Assembly: GCA_963976765.1 (NCBI GenBank) | Contig: CAXBME010000003.1 | Location: forward strand, 1-64,000 | Direction: 5' to 3' | DNA from: an uncultured Planctomycetaceae bacterium | Lineage (GTDB): Bacteria; Planctomycetota; Planctomycetia; Planctomycetales; Planctomycetaceae | DNA: 64,000 nucleotides | Part shown: piece by piece, positions 26,401-35,639 of the stretch | Numbering within the stretch: the first letter of the stretch is position 1 | Layout: every line of letters starts with the position of its first letter | Notes under the pieces: generated by a model | Databases searched by the model: none | Told to the model about the DNA's origin: nothing | The model's input: the letters and a program-made list of their open reading frames with translations, nothing else | Made by a program: the position numbers and the translations under genes

Positions 26401-28202
26401 GAATATCACCTGAGTATCTGCAAATCCCCCCGCCACATCTCAGCCAGCAACAGCGTGATGAGATTCGCAGCGGCTCGTACGAGTTGTTGATCATGCTGGC
26501 TGAACGTGAAGAAGCCATCGCGCGAGGTCTCGGCACAACCGCTGAAGCGGACGCGGCCCGCCAGTCGCTTCAATGGATCAGTCTTGCCGAACGTCTCGGG
26601 CTGAAGTCACAGGCTTTGCTGCGTTACAAGGCTCGCTACCAGGGAACAGCTGGCGACAATGAACAACAAGACATAACACTGAAGGCTGCTCAGAAATTTC
26701 AACCCGCCACAACACTGGACTTCTACCTGCTGGCCGAAGAGTTTCGGCGCGAAAACGATTTCCAGAATGCGCTCAATCATTACCGCAAGGCCTTGCAGAT
26801 CGATCCGAACAATTTCTGGTCGCTCTATCAAATGGGGCTTTGCCACATGCTTGATGGTCAACCCGCTGCGGCCGTCGCCACCTATACCGTCTGCATCTCG
26901 TTACGACCGGAAGCAGCGATCTGCTATGTGTCGCGAGGAACCGCGTACAGTGGCATCGATCAGTCAGAAGACGCATTAAGTGATCTGAACAAGGCGCAGG
27001 AACTTGACCCGAATTTCTGGGCCGTCTTCCTGAACCGCGGGGCCGTTCACCTGGCGAGGAAAGACTTCACTGCCGCCGAAGCAGACTTTCAGAAGGTGAT
27101 CGAACTCCGACCTCAACTGCCCGGCCCGCATCACAACCTGGGCATGGCCTACGAAGCTCAACAGCGATATGCGGATGCGGAAGCGGAAGCGACGGCTGCA
27201 ATTACGATCGACGAAAGCTACTTCAAAGCTTACAGCACGCGTGCGATCGCCAGATTACAGCTCGGCAATTTCAACGGCGCGATAAACGACTTCATGAGAA
27301 TCATTGAGCTTGATCAGGATCCCGCCCAGCAGGCGGAAGCGTGGAAGCAAATCGGCCTGATTCATCACCGAGCCAATCAATCAGCGCAGGCTCTCGCCGC
27401 CTACGACAAGTCACTTGCCACGAATGACTCAGATCCGGCAACGCATCGGCTGCGGGCGGAGACGTTGCTCGCCCTCAATCGTGACCAGGATGCGGTCGAC
27501 TCGTTCGACCGTTATCTGAAGCTGGATGGCGAACCGGTTGCTGACGTGTTCCGTGCTCGAGCGCTGGCTCAACAGAAACTCGGTCGGTTCAGAGAATCAC
27601 TGGCCGACGTTGCTCGCGCTCTCGAACTGGAACCTGGCGCTTCGAACATGCTCGTTCGTCGCGGATGGGCAATGCTGCTTGAAGCAAACAAGCTGGCCGA
27701 AGCGGACTTCGATGCGGCAGTCGCGTCGAATCCTGAGAACCCGGATGCCTGGAATGGTCGAGGGTACGCGCGAGTCATGATGGGCAACATCCAGGGAGCA
27801 CTTGCAGACGCTGAAGAAGGCGTCAAGCGTGCGATGGTCCAGGCTCAGCAGCAGGGTGCGACGGCCTGGCCCAACATCTACAACGCCGCCACGATCTACG
27901 CTCAGGCCGTTAAATCTGTGCAGGCGGACGAGAAAATGGCAGCGGAAGTTCGAGCAAAGAACACTCAGCAACTCACCGTCCGGTCGATGCAGATCATCAT
28001 GCAGACGTTGCAGGTCGGCGGTGCATCGCAACAGGCAGCAATCCTTCAAACGATCAGCGGCGACACCTCTCTGGCTCCAATCCGAAACAGTCCGGAATAT
28101 AAACAGGTCTTCGGACCACGGTCACCACGACAAGAACCGCCAGCACCTGACAGTAAGAACAAGCCTTCCGACGCTAAGCAAGAATCCGACGAGAAGTCAT
28201 GA
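23403..28202 (+). CDS. Membrane Ser/Thr protein kinase (Hanks type) with acidic repeat N-terminus, one TM helix and C-terminal TPR repeats
   Basis: Kinase motifs FARGGMGNIW, VAYKE, LEHPGIVPIY, LHRDLKPQN, LDWGLAK, GTLAYMPPEQ, DIYSLG. RRWAKRHP is followed by the hydrophobic stretch AVAGWTASVGVVILGSFAW. TPR-like units include ALNHYRKALQIDPNN, ALSDLNKAQELDPNF and AEADFQKVIELRP. Confidence 0.93.
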   Translation: MAKSRNSHQDEDDATVGPDLGENAHDDATVGPDYDDATIGPDIVGDNDESEDVGARYGYDSAATAIVESANEDDLTIGIDDDDSAADAGAGGGVGTANTVTDEPDAEKEDRTIGIDDEHAVDGNDATVGPDFDADDTSENAGYGADTADTIANAPDGDENDLTIGIDGNVREDDDDDDMTVIGDLTVAEEDLSRDADPPIGEDDRTIMGDLAAAENATQFSAEDGDDQTVFTDIEQTKIENTSAEQTSIGKTRITRTRFGKTHDDQTKPDETNSGKTRFGKTRFSQAGTRVDDTSSRAGSSGKGTRGKEVTDEAPRYDMVDNFARGGMGNIWLAKDSMIKREVAYKELLPRAMRRSSIVERFIQEGQVTGQLEHPGIVPIYDLGYQENGTPFYAMKLVRGTEMKEQIEALHKMPKNTADRHRAFVKLLGQFVDVCNALAFAHQRGVLHRDLKPQNVMIGGFGETLVLDWGLAKLLGRAEPGASDRGVQVTGKYDDEFSPDLGDQSDVGSATVITGNPDSSDQNQGSTRMSGSSSLAATTDARGNDAGATNIVGSDDLAATNIVGSNGLGATNVVDSEGVAATNIVDNSDTGATRIPGSGPKAPEKTTVSLFNKKSVPTQPPEGQPASQAPARTQGLHGASQTVKTDARSEGTTTRYGSVMGTLAYMPPEQAQGKLDEMDARTDIYSLGAILYEILVNDAPIPRGKMQAMLDHVVNKPIVPPREVDPSVPRPLNAIAMKALNKKITDRYRSALDLARDVEDYLADEPVSVYEEPWYDKLRRWAKRHPTAVAGWTASVGVVILGSFAWSWAESNRIDGLRIAATARGEKARAEAAAGRFDEATSLLNEALGQVSEEDELASVKAGLNNQLSGVEQLIAAAEQQRVAALLREVEQKVAEAKVLAESIDSLEDARTLLSESLAMIKDEKALVSIQSGVQSELDSVNLKIADVEARQLAQAQFAKFQELVEQARYFFIVQTGEDITSNLQTAAEHAVNAFAIYGGISPEYLQIPPPHLSQQQRDEIRSGSYELLIMLAEREEAIARGLGTTAEADAARQSLQWISLAERLGLKSQALLRYKARYQGTAGDNEQQDITLKAAQKFQPATTLDFYLLAEEFRRENDFQNALNHYRKALQIDPNNFWSLYQMGLCHMLDGQPAAAVATYTVCISLRPEAAICYVSRGTAYSGIDQSEDALSDLNKAQELDPNFWAVFLNRGAVHLARKDFTAAEADFQKVIELRPQLPGPHHNLGMAYEAQQRYADAEAEATAAITIDESYFKAYSTRAIARLQLGNFNGAINDFMRIIELDQDPAQQAEAWKQIGLIHHRANQSAQALAAYDKSLATNDSDPATHRLRAETLLALNRDQDAVDSFDRYLKLDGEPVADVFRARALAQQKLGRFRESLADVARALELEPGASNMLVRRGWAMLLEANKLAEADFDAAVASNPENPDAWNGRGYARVMMGNIQGALADAEEGVKRAMVQAQQQGATAWPNIYNAATIYAQAVKSVQADEKMAAEVRAKNTQQLTVRSMQIIMQTLQVGGASQQAAILQTISGDTSLAPIRNSPEYKQVFGPRSPRQEPPAPDSKNKPSDAKQESDEKS

Positions 28203-28216
28203 TTCTTCCGAAAGCT

Positions 28217-28693
28217 TTATCTGTCTGATCCGAGAGCGATTGAAGAGTCACCAGGCAGAACCTGGAGCCACCGTTGGTTCTTCTCGACAGTTTTCGGACC
28301 GATTCCTTTGACGCGTTGCAGGTCGTCGATCGAAGTAAATCGGCCGAATTCTTCGCGATTGCTGACGATCGATTTCGCGGTGACTGGCCCGACATCGCGC
28401 AACTGAGTCAGCTCGATCCATGTCGCCGAATTCAGGTCAATCTGGTAGCCGATCTCTTCGCTTTCGCGCAGAACAATTACTTCTGAACGATCAACGTATC
28501 GTAGCTTCTGCCACTTGACCGCCAGCAGCGCGACGACAACGACGGACACGATGACAGCCAGCCACTGGTCACGGTTTGTCAGCCAGAGAAAACTCGATGG
28601 AGAGCCTTCACCAGAAGGCGGCTCGGAAGCAACGTCCGAATTGCCATTCTGTGAAGTACGGTCAGTCGTGTTGTCTGGAAGGTCGGACACCAT
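28217..28693 (-). CDS. ComEA-family helix-hairpin-helix DNA-binding protein with N-terminal membrane anchor
   Basis: IDLNSATWIELTQLRDVGPVTAKSIV...F.SIDDLQRVKGIGPKT double HhH motif, preceded by a TM segment (WLAVIVSVVVVALLAV). Start uncertain (28693 or 28729). Confidence 0.85.
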   Translation of the reverse strand: MVSDLPDNTTDRTSQNGNSDVASEPPSGEGSPSSFLWLTNRDQWLAVIVSVVVVALLAVKWQKLRYVDRSEVIVLRESEEIGYQIDLNSATWIELTQLRDVGPVTAKSIVSNREEFGRFTSIDDLQRVKGIGPKTVEKNQRWLQVLPGDSSIALGSDR

Positions 28694-28768
28694 GCAGCAA
28701 GTGTCCACAATTCGGCGCAAAATGTACACAGTCAGAGATTACCTGAATGCAGTACCTGTCCGGTCACC

Positions 28769-29470
28769 TCAAACTGGAACGTCGAACCACTGAGCCCACT
28801 CCAGCGGCAGCTCGCAAAGCAGCTCCAGATCAATCTTCTGAGTGGGGTGCTGGACGATTAACGATCGAGCATGCAGCGCAATCGCCCGCGAATTGGTTCC
28901 CCTGGCACCTCCGTACTTGACGTCGCCCAGAATCGGAAAGCCGCGTGAAGCAAACTGGACTCGAATCTGGTGTGAACGTCCGGTCTTCGGGTGAATCTCG
29001 ACCAGTGATCGCCGATCGCTGCGCGACACGACGCGGAATTCCAGACTGCAGAACCTGGCGCCGGGGGTGTCTTCCCGCACGACGCTCGTCGTGTTCGAGT
29101 TGCGATCCTTGAGCAGCCAGTCGGTCCAGATGTGAGTTCCATTCGGTGGCCCCCCATCGATCCAGGCGTTGTAGGTTTTCTCGACGCTGCCTCGACGAAA
29201 CTGGTCCGAAAATCGGGACGCTGCTTTGCTCGTCCTCGCGTAAAGTGCCACGCCGGAAACCGGTCGGTCCAGGCGGTGCACCACGCCCAGAAAGACATCG
29301 CCAGGTTTGTGATACTTTTCCCGCACCCATTGTTTGGCGAGGTCAAGCAACGTCTCGTCCCCGGTCTCGTCGCCGATCATCAGCGCACCGGCAGGCTTGG
29401 CGACTGCCAGGCAGTGATTGTCTTCGTAAATAATCTTCAGCGGTATCGACATCAGAAATTCACCAGACAT
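28769..29470 (-). CDS. RluA-family RNA pseudouridine synthase
   Basis: IIYEDNHCLAVAKPAG, VHRLDRPVSG (catalytic Asp), TGRSHQIRVQ, PILGDVKYG, LHARSL. Alternative start at 29452. Confidence 0.92.
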   Translation of the reverse strand: MSGEFLMSIPLKIIYEDNHCLAVAKPAGALMIGDETGDETLLDLAKQWVREKYHKPGDVFLGVVHRLDRPVSGVALYARTSKAASRFSDQFRRGSVEKTYNAWIDGGPPNGTHIWTDWLLKDRNSNTTSVVREDTPGARFCSLEFRVVSRSDRRSLVEIHPKTGRSHQIRVQFASRGFPILGDVKYGGARGTNSRAIALHARSLIVQHPTQKIDLELLCELPLEWAQWFDVPV

Positions 29471-29505
29471 TCAGAGTTCGAAGTTGGGTGTTGAATGTTT
29501 GATGT

Positions 29506-30279
29506 TCAACGTGCAGTCCAGCCGCCATCGACAGTCACCATGCTGCCGACCATGTAGCTTGCCGCGTCGCTGGCGAGGAAGATGGCTGCTCCCTGGATTT
29601 CCTCAAGGTTACCCCAGCGTTCCATGGCGACGGCCCCAACGATGAACTTCTTCGCTTCTTCAGAATCGGCAATTGGAATATTCATCGGAGTCAGAAACGG
29701 ACCTGGACAGATCGCGTTGACGGCGATCCCGTCATTTGCCAGTTCCAGTCCAAGAGCCCGCGTCATCTGCACGACAGCACCTTTGCTCGTGGCATAGGGA
29801 GTGCGATTGGCAAGGCCGACCAGCCCCAGCGTGCTTGCCATGTTGATGATTCGGCCCTTGCCCTGTTTTTTCATGTAAGGAGCGACGGCTCGTGAACACA
29901 GCCAGACGCCGTTGACATTGATGTCCTGAACTTTCTGAAACTCCTCGTAGCTCAGTTCGTCGATCGGGCCACGAATGTTGATTCCAGCATTGTTGAAGAG
30001 AATGTCGATCTGGCCAAACTCGGCGACCGCTTTGGCAACCATTGCCTCGACGTCTTCCGGATTTGAGACGTCCGCTTGAAACGCGGCTGCTTTGACTCCG
30101 TATCCCGATGCGATTTCGTCAGCGGCGGCCTGAGCTTCTGACAGGTTACGGCTAACCAGCAGCACGTTTGCCCCGGCCGACGCCAGCCCCTCGGCAATTG
30201 CGGCTCCCAGCCCCTTCGAACCGCCAGTGATAATTGCCGCACGGCCTGTCAGATCAAACAGTTTGATTCCGGGAAGCAT
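29506..30279 (-). CDS. Short-chain dehydrogenase/reductase (gluconate 5-dehydrogenase/FabG-like)
   Basis: TGGSKGLG Rossmann motif, NNAG, YATSK catalytic YxxxK, VNAICPG, VDGG. Confidence 0.92.
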   Translation of the reverse strand: MLPGIKLFDLTGRAAIITGGSKGLGAAIAEGLASAGANVLLVSRNLSEAQAAADEIASGYGVKAAAFQADVSNPEDVEAMVAKAVAEFGQIDILFNNAGINIRGPIDELSYEEFQKVQDINVNGVWLCSRAVAPYMKKQGKGRIINMASTLGLVGLANRTPYATSKGAVVQMTRALGLELANDGIAVNAICPGPFLTPMNIPIADSEEAKKFIVGAVAMERWGNLEEIQGAAIFLASDAASYMVGSMVTVDGGWTAR

Positions 30280-30506
30280 TTCAGGTCTCCTGATTCTGGT
30301 TCAATCCGTCAGGCGTTACCCGACAGCGTTTGTGTTGTATTGTCGAATTGTGATGGCTGGACGGTTTCACGAAACAGCCGATAATGGTCACAATCGTCGT
30401 CGCCAGTGACGTCGCGAAATCGCAGGTACGACTTTGCCGATTACCGGTACGTTCGCGGAAAATAGTCCAGCCGACAGACCAACACCACCAACCAGGAATC
30501 GTAACT

Positions 30507-31619
30507 GTGTCGATCGATGAGGCTGTCCCCCCCGAAGATATCCTGCCCGACGATGATGACGGGGAAGTTGCCTCGCCGGAAATGGATCTCGATGTTCGCG
30601 AGCGGGAAGCTCAGGCGATCAAAGGTCTGCAGACCGCATACAAAAGAATGCGGTCAGAAATCGGCAAGGTCATTATCGGTCAGCAGGACATCGTCGACCA
30701 GCTACTCGTGTCGCTGTTCAGTCGCGGGCACTGTCTGCTGGTCGGCGTGCCGGGGCTCGCGAAAACGCTGCTGGTAAGCACAATCTCGCAAATCCTGCAA
30801 CTTTCGTTTCGACGAATTCAGTTCACTCCAGACCTGATGCCATCTGACATTACCGGCACAGACGTTCTCCAGGACGATCCGGAAACAGGCCGACGCACTT
30901 TTCAGTTCATGCAGGGGCCGCTGTTTACGAACATTCTGCTGGCCGACGAAATTAACCGTACGCCTCCCAAGACACAGGCCGCACTCCTGGAGGCGATGCA
31001 GGAACGCCACGTTACGGTCGGATCGAGCACTTACCGATTGCCTCAGCCATTCTTTGTGCTCGCCACTCAGAACCCGATCGAGCAGGAGGGGACGTACGCG
31101 CTGCCCGAAGCGCAGCTCGACCGGTTCATGTTCAACATCGTCGTTAAGTATCCGTCGGCGGCTGAGGAGCTACGCATCCTCAAACAGACAACCGGAAGTG
31201 GCGAGCCCGTACTTGAACCTGCACTGACCGCGTCTCAGATTCTCGCGTTGCAGGAAGTCGTTCGCCGCGTGCCCGTTGCCGAACACGTTTTTGTTTATGC
31301 CAGAGATCTCGTTCGAGCGACTCGGCCCGACGAAGAAGAAGCTCCGAAATTTGTTCGCGAGTACATTTCCTGGGGAGCCGGTCCGCGGGCCGGTCAGTAC
31401 CTGATCATCGGCGCGAAAGCCCGGGCAATCCTCGAAGGCCGTTTTCACGTGAGTACGGAAGACGTGAAAGCCGTCGCGCACGCCGTCCTGCGACATCGTA
31501 TCGTGACAAATTTTCACGCCGACAGCGAGACGGTGACCCCCGATGACGTCATCGACATGCTGCTCAGAAAGATTCCGATCGCCTCGAACGAGCGGGCAAA
31601 AAAAATGCTGGGAAGATAG
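30507..31619 (+). CDS. MoxR-family AAA+ ATPase
   Basis: Walker [24 protein letters not shown], Walker [37 protein letters not shown]. Start chosen at GTG 30507, after an AGGA RBS; the ORF track starts at 30384. Confidence 0.92.
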   Translation: MSIDEAVPPEDILPDDDDGEVASPEMDLDVREREAQAIKGLQTAYKRMRSEIGKVIIGQQDIVDQLLVSLFSRGHCLLVGVPGLAKTLLVSTISQILQLSFRRIQFTPDLMPSDITGTDVLQDDPETGRRTFQFMQGPLFTNILLADEINRTPPKTQAALLEAMQERHVTVGSSTYRLPQPFFVLATQNPIEQEGTYALPEAQLDRFMFNIVVKYPSAAEELRILKQTTGSGEPVLEPALTASQILALQEVVRRVPVAEHVFVYARDLVRATRPDEEEAPKFVREYISWGAGPRAGQYLIIGAKARAILEGRFHVSTEDVKAVAHAVLRHRIVTNFHADSETVTPDDVIDMLLRKIPIASNERAKKMLGR

Positions 31620-31707
31620 CTCAACTGAGTTCGACCTGTTTCGCGATAGTCGATACAAACCGGGTCCGACACGAATCCCACCGTGAAACTCAGACCGCAG
31701 GCACGCA

Positions 31708-32268
31708 ATGAATCCCTGGCACGACGTCACTCCCGGCATCAACCTTCCCGCCGAATTCCGATCCCTCATCGAAATCCCGATGGGTTCAAGCGTGAAGTAC
31801 GAACTGGACAAAGAGACGGGGCTGATGAAGCTCGACCGAATCCTCTATTCGGCAGTCTACTACCCGGCGAATTACGGCTTCATTCCTCAGACACTGGCAG
31901 AAGACGATGACCCGCTCGACGTGCTCGTCCTTTGCCAGGAACCGGTCGCTCCGAGAACGCTCGTCAATTCACGGGCCATCGGCATGATGACGATGATCGA
32001 CGGCGGAAAACCCGACCATAAAATTCTCGCCGTCGCGGTCGACGATCCGGAATACAACAGTTTCCGCACAGCCAGCGAGCTGCCACCTCATCGCCTGATG
32101 ATGCTTCGCCGATTTTTCCAGGACTACAAACTGCTCGAAGACAAGTCGGTCGAAGTCAACGAGATGCAGGAAGCCGACACGGCCATGCCGGTGATCGACG
32201 ACTCGCTGAAGCGATACGACATGCAGCGACGACTGGGATTCGGATCCGATTACCGCCGCAGCCATTAG
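31708..32268 (+). CDS. ppa: Inorganic pyrophosphatase (family I)
   Basis: [45 protein letters not shown]. Confidence 0.95.
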   Translation: MNPWHDVTPGINLPAEFRSLIEIPMGSSVKYELDKETGLMKLDRILYSAVYYPANYGFIPQTLAEDDDPLDVLVLCQEPVAPRTLVNSRAIGMMTMIDGGKPDHKILAVAVDDPEYNSFRTASELPPHRLMMLRRFFQDYKLLEDKSVEVNEMQEADTAMPVIDDSLKRYDMQRRLGFGSDYRRSH

Positions 32269-32437
32269 TTCGGGGCCGAACCATCGGACGGCAGGTTGAG
32301 TGAACTCAGCCCGGCAACTGCCGCTCCGGAAAGGCGTTCCGGCCAGATTGCTGGCGGACTATCATGCCGCCACGCAGTCGCGCCGTTTTTGCAAGCTGCG
32401 CGGACATCTGATTAAACATTCCCGAAAGGATGCTGGA

Positions 32438-34372
32438 ATGTGTGGGTTTACCGGCCTTTCGATGGCCGAACCGTTTCCGTGGGTAGAAAATGCGCTGCAT
32501 CAAATGACCGATGCCATCGCGCATCGAGGTCCGGATTCGGACGGATTTCATATCGACTCCCGCCGCACATCGCTGCTGGGATTTCGCAGGCTGGCCATTC
32601 GCGATCTCGACCCGCGAGCGAACCAGCCGATGCAGACTGCGTCCCGCCACACGACCGTCGCCTTCAACGGGGAAATCTACAACTCGCAGTCTCTCGCCAG
32701 CGACTATTGCTCAAAGGTTTCTCTGCAGACAACCGGTGACACTGAGGTTCTGGCGGAAGCATTCGAGTCAGTGGGCGACGCAATCTTTGAAAAATGCAAC
32801 GGCATGTTCGCCGCCGCATTTCTTGATCGAGATTCCGGAACCATCACACTGACGCGCGACCGGATCGGTAAAAAACCGCTCTACCTCTACGAAGGCAACG
32901 GGTTCATCGCCTTCGCGTCAGAGCTGAGATGTTTCGAGCCATTCGGGCTTGAGTGGAACGCCGAAACTCTTCCGTCGTATTTTCAGTTTGGGCACTACCC
33001 TGCCCCACTGACGGCGTACCGAAACACCTCGCAGGTTCGGCCTGGAGAAAGCATCACATTGCGAGCTGGCAGAATCATCGGTCGGCGGCTGTGGCACGAC
33101 TTCACGAAACTCGACTGGGGAAGCCACCCGAAAGCAGACATCGACGAACTCGATCGAACGCTTGCCGACGCTGTCGCCATCCGCACGCTGAGCGATGTGC
33201 CGGTCGGAGCGTTCTTAAGCGGCGGCATCGATTCTTCACTGGTCGCGGCTCAACTCAAAGCCTCCGGCCATGACTCGGTTCCCACGTTCACCGTCGCCTT
33301 CGACAACGCCTCGCACAACGAAGCACCGTTTGCCGCCGAAATTGCCAGACATCTCGGTCTGGAGCAGATCGAAATCAAAATCGATCCAAACTCGCTGCCC
33401 GACCTGGTCACGGACTTTGTTGATTGTTACGAGCAACCGTACGCGGACTCGTCAGGTCTGCCATCAATGGCTCTTTGCCGTGAAGTTCGGAAATACGTGA
33501 CCGTTGCTCTGACCGGGGACGGCGGCGACGAATTCTTCGGCGGCTATCAGCGTTACGAATGGTTCCAGAAGGCGTTGAAGGTTCAACGGTTTCCAGCCAC
33601 TTTTCGTCGGCTGGCAGGTTCAGCGCTTCCGCTGCTCGATCGACGACGCGGCCCGCGGCTCCAGAAACTGCTCGCCGCTCAGGACGCCGCTGGACTTTAT
33701 GCTCAACTTATGCGTGCATGGTCGCTTGGTTCTTCAACCGAAATTCTCCAGGGCGTCAATGAGAGTGACGCAACGTCACAGCAACCGTTCCGCGACATCT
33801 TCGAACGCCTCGATTGTGATCCCGTTTCCAAGGCGCAGTGTGCCGACGCTGCGTTGTACCTGCCGGGTGATCTCCAGGTGAAAATGGACCGAGCATCCAT
33901 GAGGTATTCGCTGGAAGTTCGATCGCCACTGCTCGACTTCCGCATGACGAAAATCGGAGCGGGCCTCACCGCAGCCGCCCGCACACAACACGGCCTGAAG
34001 TCGCCGCTCAAAGCCTTACTCGAAAAACACGTCCCCCGGAGACTGTTCGATCGACCGAAGAAAGGCTTTTCCGTACCGATGCGGCAATGGATCGCCGGGC
34101 CACTTCGCGACCTGGTTCATGACACGTTGTCACAACAGGAACTGCGTGAAGCTGGCTGGCTGAATCTTCGCGTAACAGACAATCTGCTGCGCGACCTTGA
34201 TGCCGGTAAACCCGAAGCTCGTGACCCGCTGTGGATGCTGCTGATTCTGGGGCAGTCATTCCTCAGGCACAAACAACGATCCATGTCACCGGACATCACA
34301 ACTCAAACCGCCACGGCAAACGTCGACCGAAGTACCGGCGAAACGGCTGCACGACTGGAAAATGCCGCATGA
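32438..34372 (+). CDS. asnB: Asparagine synthase (glutamine-hydrolysing) family amidotransferase
   Basis: N-terminal MCG of an Ntn amidotransferase (so the start is 32438), HRGPD, RLAIRD, FNGEIYN, FLSGGIDSS, GDGGDEFFGGY, LEVRSPLLD, RPKKGF. Confidence 0.92.
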   Translation: MCGFTGLSMAEPFPWVENALHQMTDAIAHRGPDSDGFHIDSRRTSLLGFRRLAIRDLDPRANQPMQTASRHTTVAFNGEIYNSQSLASDYCSKVSLQTTGDTEVLAEAFESVGDAIFEKCNGMFAAAFLDRDSGTITLTRDRIGKKPLYLYEGNGFIAFASELRCFEPFGLEWNAETLPSYFQFGHYPAPLTAYRNTSQVRPGESITLRAGRIIGRRLWHDFTKLDWGSHPKADIDELDRTLADAVAIRTLSDVPVGAFLSGGIDSSLVAAQLKASGHDSVPTFTVAFDNASHNEAPFAAEIARHLGLEQIEIKIDPNSLPDLVTDFVDCYEQPYADSSGLPSMALCREVRKYVTVALTGDGGDEFFGGYQRYEWFQKALKVQRFPATFRRLAGSALPLLDRRRGPRLQKLLAAQDAAGLYAQLMRAWSLGSSTEILQGVNESDATSQQPFRDIFERLDCDPVSKAQCADAALYLPGDLQVKMDRASMRYSLEVRSPLLDFRMTKIGAGLTAAARTQHGLKSPLKALLEKHVPRRLFDRPKKGFSVPMRQWIAGPLRDLVHDTLSQQELREAGWLNLRVTDNLLRDLDAGKPEARDPLWMLLILGQSFLRHKQRSMSPDITTQTATANVDRSTGETAARLENAA

Positions 34373-35550
34373 AACCAATTCGAATTTGCAGCATCATCAA
34401 TGGCACCGGAGGCGAAGGCGGAGCGGAGCGGATGCTTCAGCGAGTCATTCGTCACGGAAACACACCCGAGTTCGAGCACCTGGTTCTGTCGATTAAAAAC
34501 TTCCAGCAGGTTGCGGAAGAACTCTCTGAGGAAGGCATCAACGTTCAGAGCCTCAACGTCCAGGCTGATTACTACAAACTTCCCAAAGCCGTCCTTCAGA
34601 TGGCTTTGCGGATCCGTAAGTTCAAACCGGACGTCATCCAGTCCTGGATGTACATGGCCGATTTTTTCGGCGGCATCGCCAGCCACCTGGCGGCTCCCGG
34701 AACGCCGATGATCTGGACGATTCGACATTCCACGCTCGACCCGGCCATTGACTCACGAGCCCTGCGAGGTTGTGCCGCAGGCTGCGCAAAGCTGTCACGA
34801 AGAGTGCCCTCAAGGATTGTCCTGAATTCACACGCCGCCGTGCCAATTCACGCGACCGCCGGCTATGACGAATCCAGGATGCAGGTTATCCCGAACGGCT
34901 TTGACGTTTCGCGATTTTCGCCGAGCCAGCAACTTCGACTCGAAACCCGACAGCGTCTCGGCATTACTGAAAATGCTCCGGTCGTCGGTCGAGTCGCCCG
35001 GTTCCACGCCAACAAAGATCACATGACCTTTCTTAAAGCCGCGCAAATTGTGCTGAGACAACGGCCTGAGGCACGTTTTCTGGTTTGCGGAGAACCTCAA
35101 ACAATCTCCGCCGGGCAGGTTCAGCAGGACATCGATTCGCTCGGGTTGTCCGACGCCGTACAGCTTGTCGAATTGCAGTCTGACATCGTGCCTTTGAACT
35201 GCTCATTCGACATCGCGACCTGCTCATCGATCACCGAAGCCTTTCCGAATGTGATTGGGGAAGCAATGTCGTGCGGAGTTCCGTGCGTCTCCACAGACGT
35301 TGGCGACGCAGCTCAGATTATCGACAACACCGGTCGCGTCGTCCCGGTCCAGAATCCTCAATTGTTTGCGGAAGCGATCCTCGAAATCCTGAACCTGCCT
35401 TCAGAAAACCGTCGTCAGCTTGGTTCAGCAGCGCGTCAGCGAATCATCGACAACTTCGAATTAACTCACTCGACAGGCATGTTTCTCGATCTGTGGCGTG
35501 AACTGGCTGGCCAGGAACACGGAACACGGGCCATCAAACACGCGGCGTAG
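34369..35550 (+). CDS. Family 4 (GT-B) glycosyltransferase
   Basis: GGAERML, PDVIQSWMY, VIPNGFD, EAFPNVIGEAMSCGVP (EX7E). Its ATG overlaps the asnB stop (ATGA, 34369-34372). Confidence 0.92.
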   Translation: MKPIRICSIINGTGGEGGAERMLQRVIRHGNTPEFEHLVLSIKNFQQVAEELSEEGINVQSLNVQADYYKLPKAVLQMALRIRKFKPDVIQSWMYMADFFGGIASHLAAPGTPMIWTIRHSTLDPAIDSRALRGCAAGCAKLSRRVPSRIVLNSHAAVPIHATAGYDESRMQVIPNGFDVSRFSPSQQLRLETRQRLGITENAPVVGRVARFHANKDHMTFLKAAQIVLRQRPEARFLVCGEPQTISAGQVQQDIDSLGLSDAVQLVELQSDIVPLNCSFDIATCSSITEAFPNVIGEAMSCGVPCVSTDVGDAAQIIDNTGRVVPVQNPQLFAEAILEILNLPSENRRQLGSAARQRIIDNFELTHSTGMFLDLWRELAGQEHGTRAIKHAA

Positions 35551-35639
35551 GGCAAGCTCCGTCTGGCAAAATACTCGTCAGGTACAGAGCGGCAGGATTC
35601 TTTCGTTGATGCTCAAGGCTTCGACAGACCGAACCTGAC

